From an uncultured Bacteroides sp. (GTDB lineage: Bacteria > Bacteroidota > Bacteroidia > Bacteroidales > Muribaculaceae): a stretch of 53,762 nt of DNA. Under the pieces are notes generated by a model that saw only the letters and a list, made by a program, of their open reading frames with translations, searched no databases and was not told where the DNA came from. Every line of letters starts with the position of its first letter. Positions within the stretch are counted from its first letter, which is position 1. Positions 28,502 through 37,340 of the stretch are shown piece by piece. The stretch is taken from the NCBI GenBank assembly GCA_964488335.1, contig CAZAUV010000001.1:1-53762 (forward strand), written 5' to 3'. The position numbers and the translations under genes are program-made.

Positions 28502-29977
28502 TTACTTGCGCTTATTGGGGCGGTCGGGATTGACGAAGAAGAAGTAATACCAGTATGTGTCGGCAAATCCGCTCTTCAGCGCCAGCTTATTGCCGGAGTT
28601 CATGGCCCGGGTAAACTCCTGAAAGCGGTTGATATCAGGCTGCCACACCTTGAAGCCTGCCTCGCGCCACCAACCCGATGGGTCGGAGGCCTGTATCATT
28701 GCCAGCGCCTCGCGATAGGGGCGCGGCATCTTCTCGGGGTCGCGCAGACCGATGAGGTTGAGCCCTCCCATGAAGTTGTTGTAGTCGCCCGCCAGGAGGC
28801 AGCCGGTAAGGAACGCTTCGGCCACCATCTTGTTGTCGGGATGAGTCAGGAGCATATGGCCCATTATGGGGAGAAACTCGTCGTCGAGGATGCCGTTGAT
28901 GGAGTCGGGCGCCTCGGCATAGAAACTCTTCAGCCCGGGGATCTCCCCGGTGCCGAGCCTTGCACGAAGGCTGTCGGCAGTGGAGCGATAGAAGAGGCTC
29001 TGCCCGAGATGGTTGATGGCGCGCGAAGCCACCCGGTCGTGGCCGTTGATGATATAATAAGCGGCAAGGTCAGAGAGTATGGGGCCGGTCTCGCCCAAGT
29101 TGGTCATACCTTCGCTGCGCCAGCGTTGCGCCATGTTGATGGAGCCCAAGAGGTGATATATGTGATAGCCATATTCGCGCTTGAGCACATGGCCGTCCCA
29201 GCGCACATATAGGCTGTTGACGCCGAAGAGGGGGGGATAATCAAAGGCGTGATCGGCCAGTTTGCCCTGTCTCAGAAGCGACAGATTGCGGAAGTAAGGC
29301 ACCACGTGGACCCTGCCTCCCTCGCGCAGATAGCGGTTGGCGCGGCGCACAACGGCGTCGTCGTCGCCCCGGCGATATTCCTCCTCGATGAGCACTATAT
29401 CCCGCTCCATCGGGCTATAGACTTTGGTCAGCGAGTAGACCACAGCCGCGCCGAGGATGACCGCTGATGCCCCCAGAGTGACCCATATCATCCGGGTCGC
29501 GAGCTCACGCTCGGGACGCTTGATGAAGCGGCCGGCGATAGCGGCTAATATCCAGAAGGAGACGGTGGCCATCAGAGCCTTAATAAGCGGCTCGATGGGA
29601 GCTTCTACTGTGGCGCCCTTCGCCAGAAAGAAAGCCGGGAGGATAAGCCCCGCGATGACGGCCACCGGGCCGCGACGCTTCAGGATGCGACGCAAGCCAT
29701 CGGCCACGCAGATATAGACCGCCCCGAAGATGAGCGCCAGGACAGCCGCGCCGAGGACCGGATAGTAGAAAAACTGCACCACGAAGTCGCCCGCCAGCTT
29801 AGCCAAGCCGGCCTGGTGAAGCTCCTCCTCCACATAGGCCATCGTGAAGCGGAAGAGGCGATGCTGCTCCATATAGATGAGCAGATGGGAGAGTTGGGTA
29901 GAATAGACGATGAAGACGATGAGCACCAACAGCAGCCCCACCACTGAGGCAACATGGCGCCGGAGCCAATTTATCAT
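28502..29977 (-). CDS. DUF6057-like membrane protein
   Basis: EQHRLF, DFVVQFFYYPVLGA, C-terminal DTYWYYF; start ATG 29977 because the longer ORF runs through the tRNA; TATCTTTG promoter at 30050-30057. Confidence 0.75.
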   Translation of the reverse strand: MINWLRRHVASVVGLLLVLIVFIVYSTQLSHLLIYMEQHRLFRFTMAYVEEELHQAGLAKLAGDFVVQFFYYPVLGAAVLALIFGAVYICVADGLRRILKRRGPVAVIAGLILPAFFLAKGATVEAPIEPLIKALMATVSFWILAAIAGRFIKRPERELATRMIWVTLGASAVILGAAVVYSLTKVYSPMERDIVLIEEEYRRGDDDAVVRRANRYLREGGRVHVVPYFRNLSLLRQGKLADHAFDYPPLFGVNSLYVRWDGHVLKREYGYHIYHLLGSINMAQRWRSEGMTNLGETGPILSDLAAYYIINGHDRVASRAINHLGQSLFYRSTADSLRARLGTGEIPGLKSFYAEAPDSINGILDDEFLPIMGHMLLTHPDNKMVAEAFLTGCLLAGDYNNFMGGLNLIGLRDPEKMPRPYREALAMIQASDPSGWWREAGFKVWQPDINRFQEFTRAMNSGNKLALKSGFADTYWYYFFFVNPDRPNKRK

Positions 29978-30152
29978 CAGGTATTGCGATTTAAGGTTAC
30001 AAATCCAGACGCCGGCAGCCCGCCCGGACGGCCGCGTCCAATCATCTTGCAAAGATACGAAAAATCCTCCATCCCGCAAAATCATTTCAGCGCGAAGGAG
30101 GGGCATAATGAAAGCGTCTGCGAGAGTGTGATACTCTGTGCAGACGCTTGGG

Positions 30153-30226
30153 TGGAGTATAGCGGACTCGAACCGCTCACCTCGACACTGCCAGTGTCGC
30201 GCTCTAGCCAGATGAGCTAATACCCC
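30153..30226 (-). tRNA. tRNA-Ala (GGC)
   Basis: GGGGTATTAGCTCATCTGGCTAGAGCG-CGACA-CT-GGC-AG-TGTCG...GGTTCGAGTCC; G3:U70 pair; CCA not encoded. Confidence 0.97.
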
Positions 30227-30277
30227 GATTTGTCTTTTTTTTGCTTGGGAGGAGCTCTCTCTTCCCTTTTTGCGTTG

Positions 30278-30309
30278 CAAAGGTAAGGCGGATTTTTGAC
30301 TCCACCAAA
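30278..30309 (-). promoter_or_regulatory. Sigma-A promoter of tRNA-Ala
   Basis: TTTG-N20-TACCTTTG on - strand. Confidence 0.8.
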
Positions 30310-30418
30310 TTTTTTGCAAGAAAAATGAAAAAAATCTTCATTTTTTCTTCGGAGGGCCTTTCCCGACACCCGAATCGGGTTACAAAAGCCTCCCGGGACT
30401 CCTGCCCGACGGCGCCGA

Positions 30419-30973
30419 TCAGTCGTCGGCGGGGAAGAGGCGATCGGCCTCGTCGAGATGGTAGTTTCGGGCGAGAGCGGCGATAAAGGTCGAGATGGCT
30501 TTGACGGCTTCCTGAGTGGCCGGGGTCACTTCCTTTGATTGCAGACGGAGCAGGAGCATACCGTAGAGGGCGTTGAAGCAGGTCTCTATCTCGCCGGCGG
30601 GAGTGTCGCCGCTCTTTGACCTAAGCTCAACGATGTAGGGGAGGGTCTTGTAGAAGAGGGCTGTGTAATCGGGGAAGCGGGGGTCGGCCAGCAGGCGGCG
30701 GTGGAGACTTACAAGGTCACCGAGGATATTGCGGTTGATCTGAAGATGGCCTTTTTCGGTAACGTCTTCGCGGCGCATCATGTCGATGAGGCTCTCATAC
30801 CACTCTGTCATTTCGCGACGCTGCTCGGGGGAGAGGTCGGGGAAGCGGTCGATGATATTGGTCTTGATGCGGTCGATATCAAGGCCGTTGGCGCGGATCA
30901 TATCTTCTACTTGCCAGAGATATAGGATATATTCGGCTATGTTTTCTTTGCGTTTGGCTGAGGCGATGAGCAT
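30419..30973 (-). CDS. DUF4924 family protein
   Basis: KRKENIAEYILYLWQVEDMIRA, GHLQIN, ETCFNALYG; start ATG 30973. Confidence 0.85.
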   Translation of the reverse strand: MLIASAKRKENIAEYILYLWQVEDMIRANGLDIDRIKTNIIDRFPDLSPEQRREMTEWYESLIDMMRREDVTEKGHLQINRNILGDLVSLHRRLLADPRFPDYTALFYKTLPYIVELRSKSGDTPAGEIETCFNALYGMLLLRLQSKEVTPATQEAVKAISTFIAALARNYHLDEADRLFPADD

Positions 30974-31035
30974 TGGAGTAGGTTTTTTTGGAAGGGATGA
31001 TAGAGCGGAAGCTCTATGAGACAACGCCCGGGGGG

Positions 31036-32052
31036 TCAGCGCGGTTCGGGTCGGTAGGAGTAATTGTTGCGGAGTGTCTCGAAGTGGGCCGGGTTGGCGC
31101 GCAGGCTGTTGCTGTCGGCCATGGGCGAATAAGAGCTGCTGATCGCTGCGGCTGTCGGAGCTGCGGCGATGCTCAGGTCGGCAGCCGACGGTGGGAGAGG
31201 AGGGATGCCGAAAAAAGCGCACAGGCTGTCGAGGGCCATGCGTGTGGCGCGCATTTTACCTTCGAGCGAGTAGCCTGCGATGTGGGGAGTGGCTATTGCA
31301 GCTCGTGCAAGTAGCTCCGGGGATATGGCGGGCTCGCCCTCCCAGCAGTCGATTACGGGCCTGCTTACTACTCCAGAGTCAACGGCTTGGCAGAGAGCCC
31401 CGGTGCCGGCAATCGGGCCTCGCGCCGCATTGATTATGACCGGCTTGCGGGAGCAGGCGGCCAGGAAACGGGAGCCGATGAGATGGTGGGTGGCGTCGGG
31501 GCCTATGGCGGTCAGAGGAGTATGAAAGGTGATGACATCGGCCTGGCGCGCTATCTCGTCGAGGTCGACGAAAGAAGCGGAGCCTTCGCGCCGGGCGCGG
31601 GGGGGATCGCAGAGGAGGATGCGGAAGCCAAGCGGGCGGGCCCATTGCTCTACGATGCGGCCTACATGACCCACGCCGACGATGCCGAGGGTGAGCCCGG
31701 GCCCCGGCGTAAATCCGAGTTCAAGGATGGAAGCCAGGACATATTGGGCCACGGCCGGAGCATTGCAGCCCGGGGCGTTGGCTACGGCGATGCCGCGCGA
31801 CCCACACCATGGCAGGTCGATATGGTCCATGCCTATGGTGGCAGTGGCCACAAACCTTACCCGCGAGCCTTCGAGGAGCTCCGGGCCGATACGGGTGCGT
31901 GTCCTGACCACGAGAGCGTCGGCTTCAGCGACCGCTTCGGGAGTGAAATCCTCAGGCGGGAGGGTCGTGACACGGAAGTGGTCGGCGAGCTGCTTCGGGA
32001 CAAAGGGGATATTTCCCTCTATGATTACAAGGGGAGCGCTATCAGCCGCCAT
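31036..32052 (-). CDS. pdxB: 4-phosphoerythronate dehydrogenase
   Basis: VRTRT, TATIGMDHID, NAPGCNA, GVGHVG, FHTPLT, INAARG, TPHIAGYSLEGK. Confidence 0.92.
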   Translation of the reverse strand: MAADSAPLVIIEGNIPFVPKQLADHFRVTTLPPEDFTPEAVAEADALVVRTRTRIGPELLEGSRVRFVATATIGMDHIDLPWCGSRGIAVANAPGCNAPAVAQYVLASILELGFTPGPGLTLGIVGVGHVGRIVEQWARPLGFRILLCDPPRARREGSASFVDLDEIARQADVITFHTPLTAIGPDATHHLIGSRFLAACSRKPVIINAARGPIAGTGALCQAVDSGVVSRPVIDCWEGEPAISPELLARAAIATPHIAGYSLEGKMRATRMALDSLCAFFGIPPLPPSAADLSIAAAPTAAAISSSYSPMADSNSLRANPAHFETLRNNYSYRPEPR

Positions 32053-33026
32053 ATATATAATGTCAGAAAGAGGATGATAGAGATGGTGATGATCACCCCG
32101 CCGGCGCCGAGGCTGTGGCGCGGGCTAAAGGAAAAAAGAAGGGCAAGGCAGTATGCCGTGGTGATATTTAGCAGGGGAGTGAAGGTCTCCACATCGCCGA
32201 AAGCCACGATAGCCATTATTCCCGCCATGATGCCGGTGACGGATATTAGGCCGAAGCGGGCGCGGGTCATGGCATTGCGGCCATAGACACGGACTATGTC
32301 AAAAGCTCCGGCGACAAAGCCCAGCGCGAGGGTCACGAGCACCAGCACCACGGGATAGATGAGGCTCATCATCATATCGGCGGCAGGAACAATTCTCAGG
32401 TCGGCCGGAGTGAAGGAGGGGGTCCACAGGCCGAATGCCCAGAGAAGCCAGGGGGGGACGAACAGGCCGGCCGACAGGGCCACCAGACAGCGGAGCGAGA
32501 ACACCCTCATCTGGAAGCATCCCAATATCATCACGGCGATGAAGGGGATGAAGCAGTCGGCCACCATCGCCCCGGCTCCCATGACGAGGAATATGACGAA
32601 GATGCGGCGGGTGGCATCGGGGAGCTGATAGATGCCGTAAAACACTCCTATGCAGAGCAATACGATGAGGGCGAGGAGATAGCCCCCGCTGAAATGACCT
32701 GCGGCGGGGTCGGCTCCCTGAAGGAGCATGAAGAGGCCTGACCATACGAGACTGCTGTTGCGGAGGCCGCGCAGGAGGTTGAAGGCCTTGTTGATAAACA
32801 TTATACCCAGCACGATAAGGAGCTGACACCCGATGGCGGCCGCAAGTGAATGGATCGGGTCGGGGAGCCAGGTGTCGGGCCCCGGCAGTCCGAAGCCGTG
32901 GGCCACCTGCGGGTCGGAATAGCTCCTGAAGCCCAGGATGGTCATCACGAGCGACGCCGCGAAGAGCACTGCTGCCAACGAGCGGGAGCAGAGCAGGCGC
33001 AGGAGGGGCTGAGTATTGAAAGTCAC
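32025..33026 (-). CDS. Conserved polytopic membrane protein (between purD and pdxB)
   Basis: Many hydrophobic segments; operon position. Confidence 0.75.
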   Translation of the reverse strand: MTFNTQPLLRLLCSRSLAAVLFAASLVMTILGFRSYSDPQVAHGFGLPGPDTWLPDPIHSLAAAIGCQLLIVLGIMFINKAFNLLRGLRNSSLVWSGLFMLLQGADPAAGHFSGGYLLALIVLLCIGVFYGIYQLPDATRRIFVIFLVMGAGAMVADCFIPFIAVMILGCFQMRVFSLRCLVALSAGLFVPPWLLWAFGLWTPSFTPADLRIVPAADMMMSLIYPVVLVLVTLALGFVAGAFDIVRVYGRNAMTRARFGLISVTGIMAGIMAIVAFGDVETFTPLLNITTAYCLALLFSFSPRHSLGAGGVIITISIILFLTLYIWRLIALPL

Positions 33027-33049
33027 GTCTGTGGCGAAGGGGATTGAGG

Positions 33050-34345
33050 TCAGTCGTTGGCAGCGAGGCGCAGGAGATCGGCGCCTATGTCGCGGCGGAA
33101 ATATTTACCCTCGAAGTCTACGGTCTCGGCGGCCTTAAACGACTTCCCGAGAGCCTCTTCGACGCTGTTGCCGAGGCTCGACAAAGCGATGACGCGGCCG
33201 CCGGAGGTGACGGTCTGTCCCTGAGCGTCGATGGCTGTGCCGGCATGGAATGGAATGGTTGCAGAGGGATCAACCTTGTCGAGGCCCGAGATGGTCTTGC
33301 CCTTGGGATAGCTGCCCGGGTAGCCGCCGCTAACCAGCATCACCGTCACGGCTGCGCGGGGGTCGATGTCAAGGGGTATATCGCCAAGAGAGCCCTTGGC
33401 GGCGCCTACGAGTGCCGGGACGAGGTCGGAGGCGATGCGGAGCATCACGGCTTCGGTCTCGGGATCGCCCATGCGCACATTGTATTCGATCACCATAGTC
33501 TCGCCTCCAACATTGATGAGGCCCAGGAAGATAAATCCGCGATAGTCGATGCCGCGCTTGCGAAGGCCTTCGAGGGTGGGGCGTATGATGCGTTCGTCGA
33601 CCTTGGCCATGAAGGCCTCATCGGCGAAGACCACGGGGCTCACTGCGCCCATGCCGCCGGTGTTGGGGCCGGTATCTCCCTCGCCGATGCGCTTATAGTC
33701 CTTGGCAACGGGGAGCACCCGGTAGCCGCCATTGCCATCGGTCAGGACAAAGACGGAGCACTCTATGCCGGAGAGAAATTCCTCGATGACCACTGTGGCG
33801 CTCGAAGCACCGAACATGCCTGAGAGCATCTCGCGCAGGGCTTCCCGGGCTTCTTCAAGAGTGGGGAGGATGAGGACGCCCTTGCCGGCGGCAAGACCGT
33901 CGGCCTTAAGGACGTAGGGCGGACGGAGAGTGGCCAGGAACTCTTCACCCTCGGCGAGGGTGTCGGCGGTGAAGGAGCGGTAGGCGGCCGTAGGGATGCC
34001 CTCTTCGGTCATAAACTGCTTTGCGAAATCTTTACTGCCCTCGAGGGCGGCTCCGGCGGCATCGGGGCCCACGATGAGGAGCCCGGGGCGACGGGGAGCG
34101 AAAAAGTCGCGTATGCCGGCCACGAGGGGATCTTCGTTGCCTACCACGAGGAGGTCGATATTCTTGTCATCCACCACCTTCATCACGGCCTCAAAGTCGG
34201 TGGGCTTGAGGAGGATATTGGTGCCGTAGGCGTTGGTGCCGCCGTTGCCGGGAGCTATGAAGAGGTTGGTGCAGAGGGGGCTGCGACTTATTTTGTAGGC
34301 TAAGGCGCTCTCGCGGCCGCCAGAGCCGAGAAGAAGGATGTTCAT
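33050..34345 (-). CDS. purD: Phosphoribosylamine-glycine ligase
   Basis: GSGGRE, APGNGG, LEGSKDFAK, KADGLAAGKGV, GPNTGGMG, GDPE. Confidence 0.97.
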   Translation of the reverse strand: MNILLLGSGGRESALAYKISRSPLCTNLFIAPGNGGTNAYGTNILLKPTDFEAVMKVVDDKNIDLLVVGNEDPLVAGIRDFFAPRRPGLLIVGPDAAGAALEGSKDFAKQFMTEEGIPTAAYRSFTADTLAEGEEFLATLRPPYVLKADGLAAGKGVLILPTLEEAREALREMLSGMFGASSATVVIEEFLSGIECSVFVLTDGNGGYRVLPVAKDYKRIGEGDTGPNTGGMGAVSPVVFADEAFMAKVDERIIRPTLEGLRKRGIDYRGFIFLGLINVGGETMVIEYNVRMGDPETEAVMLRIASDLVPALVGAAKGSLGDIPLDIDPRAAVTVMLVSGGYPGSYPKGKTISGLDKVDPSATIPFHAGTAIDAQGQTVTSGGRVIALSSLGNSVEEALGKSFKAAETVDFEGKYFRRDIGADLLRLAAND

Positions 34346-34446
34346 AGAGTGGGGGGGCGGCGATGCCGCAATGATGAATTATGAATGAGGAATTAGGAAT
34401 GCTTTTTGAAACAAAGCGACCTGAAGGTCGATTAAGGAAGGGGGGA

Positions 34447-36006
34447 TTATTCTTTGGGTTTCCACCCTTTGCGGCGACGCATACCTTGCTCGCCTTCGGC
34501 CGGAGGGAGCGAGGGCCGCTTGAAGGTGATGGAGCGGAGGGCGGCCTCATGGCGGCGGCGTGTAAAATCCTCTTCGCTCTCATCCTCGCGGCGGGTCATG
34601 CGCAGCTTGCTGTAGGCTCCGGCCGCGGGGCGGCGGTCGTCGCGCCGGCTCTTGTCAAAGCGGGGCCGGTCGTTGTCAAAGCGCTTCTCCCTGTCAGGGC
34701 GTCGCTCCTTGTCGGGCCGCTTCTCCTTGTCGAAGCGCTTGTCGGAGCGAGGGCCGCGCTTGGCATCGCGCTTCTCGGGGCGGCGGGTGGTGGCAATGGA
34801 GCCGCCATCGCGCTTGAAGCTCTTGAGATCGCCGTCGAAGATGATATATTCGCGGAGCTCACATTCGAGCTTGCCGTTGAGGATGGGCAGGCGGAGCGAG
34901 GGGTGGAGGCCTATCTTGTTGAAATAGTCATCGGAATAACCGATAATCCATGCATGCCATCCTTTGAAGACGTTTTTGAGGGTGTTGCCTATCTGAGCGT
35001 AGAGGCCTTCCATATTGTCTACGGAGATGCGCTCGCCATAGGGGGGATTGGTCACCACCACTCCGGCCTTACCGTCGCCGGGGGCCTCTGTCCAGTCTTT
35101 GATGTCTTTGGTCTCGAGAGTGATATATTTGCCCAGGCCGGCCTGCTTTATGTTTCGCTCCGCCACAGCCACGGCTGCCGGCAGGATGTCGGAGCCATAG
35201 ATGCCATAGGCGGGGGTGCGCTCTGACGAGTCGTCATCATAGATGCTCTCAAAGAGCTCGCGGTCAAAGTCGGGCCATGACTCGAAGGCAAATCGCGAGC
35301 GGTAGACACCCGGCATGATGCCGGCAGCGATCATGGCTGCCTCGATAAGGAAGGTGCCGGAGCCACACATAGGGTCGACAAACGGCTCGTCGCCTCTCCA
35401 GCCGGAGCGGAGGATGATGCCGGCGGCGAGCACCTCATTGATGGGAGCTTCGGTCTGAGCCACCCTGTAGCCGCGCTTATGCAGGCTCTCGCCCGAGGAG
35501 TCGAGGCTAAGGGTCACATCTTTGCCGGCAATATGGACATTGATATTGACATCGGCATCCTGGAGGCGCACTCCGGGGCGCCTCCCCTGGCCGAGACGGT
35601 CTTGAAACCAGTCGACAATGGCGTCCTTGACGCGGTAAGTGACATAGCGGGAGTTGGTAAACTCGTCGGAATAGACGGCGCCTGAGTCGATGGAGAAGGT
35701 CGAATTGACATCCATTATCGTCCCCCAGTCAAAATCCTTGGTCAGGGAATAGAGCTCGTCGGGGTCGGCAGCCGTGAAGGTGCATATAGGTTTGAGGATG
35801 CGCAGGGCTGTCCGGCATTGCATATTGGCGCGATACATAGTCTCGAGAGTGCCTTCGAAGCTGACGCTGCGTCGTCCGGGCTCCACATTGACGGCTCCCG
35901 GGAGAGCCCTTATCTCTTCAGCCAATATATCCTCCAGGCCCTGAAAGGTCTTGGCCACCATGTCAAAAGTGGGGGCAGAGGTGGGAGTTGGCTCGATATT
36001 GTCCAT
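34447..36006 (-). CDS. THUMP-domain rRNA m2G methyltransferase (RlmL/YpsC-like) with charged C-terminal tail
   Basis: SLHKRGYR, APINEVLAA, DPMCGSGT, TNPPYGER. Confidence 0.9.
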   Translation of the reverse strand: MDNIEPTPTSAPTFDMVAKTFQGLEDILAEEIRALPGAVNVEPGRRSVSFEGTLETMYRANMQCRTALRILKPICTFTAADPDELYSLTKDFDWGTIMDVNSTFSIDSGAVYSDEFTNSRYVTYRVKDAIVDWFQDRLGQGRRPGVRLQDADVNINVHIAGKDVTLSLDSSGESLHKRGYRVAQTEAPINEVLAAGIILRSGWRGDEPFVDPMCGSGTFLIEAAMIAAGIMPGVYRSRFAFESWPDFDRELFESIYDDDSSERTPAYGIYGSDILPAAVAVAERNIKQAGLGKYITLETKDIKDWTEAPGDGKAGVVVTNPPYGERISVDNMEGLYAQIGNTLKNVFKGWHAWIIGYSDDYFNKIGLHPSLRLPILNGKLECELREYIIFDGDLKSFKRDGGSIATTRRPEKRDAKRGPRSDKRFDKEKRPDKERRPDREKRFDNDRPRFDKSRRDDRRPAAGAYSKLRMTRREDESEEDFTRRRHEAALRSITFKRPSLPPAEGEQGMRRRKGWKPKE

Positions 36007-36028
36007 AATATAATGAATGGGGGATTGA

Positions 36029-36943
36029 TTACTGTTTGTTGATGTCGCGCAGCGGCGCCTGAAGGATGCGCTCGCCCGGCTTGACGTCGTGGGTCACCCA
36101 CAGGTTGCCGCCGATGACGGCTCCGGCGCCTACCGTGATGCGCCCTAAGAGAGTGGCGTTGGAGTAGATCACTACGTCGTCGCCTATTATCGGGTGGCGT
36201 GCTATCCCCTTGATGGGGTCGCCATTATCATCTGTGGGGAAGGAGCGGGCTCCGAGGGTCACGCCCTGATAGATGCGCACCCGGCGGCCTATGATGGCCG
36301 TTGCACCGATCACCACGCCTGTGCCATGGTCGATCATCAGCCCCTCGCCTATCTCGGCTCCGGGGTGGATGTCGATGCCTGTCTCGCTATGGGCCATCTC
36401 TGAAATCATCCTGGGGACCACCGGCACATCGAGCTTATAGAGCTCATGGGCGATGCGGTGATTGGCAGTGGCTTTAAGTCCGGGATAGCAGAATACCACC
36501 TCATTGACGCTTTGCGCCGCCGGGTCGCCCCGGAAGGTGGCTTCGGCATCAGCCATAAGAAGTCGTCTCACCTCAGGGAGACGGGCAATAAAGGCCGTGG
36601 CTATCTCTTCGGAGCGGCTCCTAAGGAGCTTGAGGGGAGGGCAACCGCCGCCGTCGCCGAAACAGAAGCCGGCCGCCACCTGAGCGGCCAGGAGGCTATG
36701 GAGCTCCTCTAGGCGGAGGCCGACGTGGAAGGGCAGATTGCGTTCCGTAGTGGCGCTCTCTCCGAAAAATCCGGGGAAGACGAGGGCGCGGCATAGCCCC
36801 ACTATGCGCTTGATGTCGATAGCCGACGGCAGAGGCTCGCCACCGCCGGCGCTGAGCCATAAATTACCCATCCCGGCAGTGTCGGCCAGGATACGCCCTG
36901 TCTCCGTCAGGGCCTCATCGATGGTGGGTCGCTCCATAGTCAT
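36029..36943 (-). CDS. cysE: Serine O-acetyltransferase
   Basis: GDPAA, YPG, TGIDIHPGA, IDHGTGVVIG, YQGVTLG, RHP; TAATTTTG promoter at 37002-37009 (-). Confidence 0.92.
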   Translation of the reverse strand: MTMERPTIDEALTETGRILADTAGMGNLWLSAGGGEPLPSAIDIKRIVGLCRALVFPGFFGESATTERNLPFHVGLRLEELHSLLAAQVAAGFCFGDGGGCPPLKLLRSRSEEIATAFIARLPEVRRLLMADAEATFRGDPAAQSVNEVVFCYPGLKATANHRIAHELYKLDVPVVPRMISEMAHSETGIDIHPGAEIGEGLMIDHGTGVVIGATAIIGRRVRIYQGVTLGARSFPTDDNGDPIKGIARHPIIGDDVVIYSNATLLGRITVGAGAVIGGNLWVTHDVKPGERILQAPLRDINKQ

Positions 36944-37099
36944 TGTGTCAAAGATGATGGCAGCCGCTCCTTTCAGGGCATCAGACTACCTTTTCATCCT
37001 GCAAAATTAATGCTTACCTGCGGATTTTGCCACATCTTTGGCCCGGAAAATTAATTCTCCGCCTCATTACGCGCTAAAATAAATAGCGTCACCCTCCCC

Positions 37100-37311
37100 G
37101 ATTCCCTTGAAAAAGTGTCGCCATCGCCAATTATTCGTTGGAAAAAGTGTCACGGCAGCCGATTATTCCCTTGAAAAAGTGTCGCCATCGCCGATTATTC
37201 GTTGGAAAAAGTGTCACCATCGCCAATTATTCGTTGGAAAAAGTGTCACGGCAGCCGATTATTCCCTTGAAAAAGTGTCGGGGATACTTGATTATTCCCT
37301 TGAAAAAGTGT
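37100..37311. repeat. Tandem array, 7 units with 32-bp period
   Basis: GAAAAAGTGT at 37109, 37141, 37173, 37205, 37237, 37269, 37302; consensus RATTATTC(CCTT/GTTG)GAAAAAGTGT plus 10-11 variable nt. Confidence 0.95.
37272..37288 (+). repeat. 17-bp direct repeat, left copy (AAAGTGTCGGGGATACT)
   Basis: Identical to 38756-38772. Confidence 0.9.
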
Positions 37312-37318
37312 AATTTTG
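37288..37318 (+). promoter_or_regulatory. Sigma-A promoter of the ATPase gene, formed by the last repeat unit
   Basis: TTG (37288-90), 20 nt, TAATTTTG (37311-18); ATG at 37341. Confidence 0.7.
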
Positions 37319-37340
37319 CATAAACATTAAAAGCTCCGCT

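Noticed and set aside
30153-30226. tRNA-Ala as an integration site
   Set aside because: No integrase and no duplicated tRNA 3' end seen in the window
29978-30319. N-terminal 114 aa of the 605-aa ORF
   Set aside because: Runs through tRNA-Ala and two promoters; not coding
34371-34400. Short degenerate heptamer repeats ATGAATT/AGGAATT upstream of purD
   Set aside because: Only about four imperfect units; a common low-complexity intergenic pattern in Bacteroidales
37100-37311. Array as a CRISPR or TIGR array
   Set aside because: Variable parts are only 10-11 nt and recur rather than being unique spacers; no cas or Nop-domain gene is nearby; no box C/D pattern is evident. Kept as a non-CRISPR repeat finding
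37107-37323. Short ORFs (68 and 61 aa) across the array
   Set aside because: By-products of the repeat, starting at TTG codons inside repeat units; the 32-bp period is not a multiple of 3
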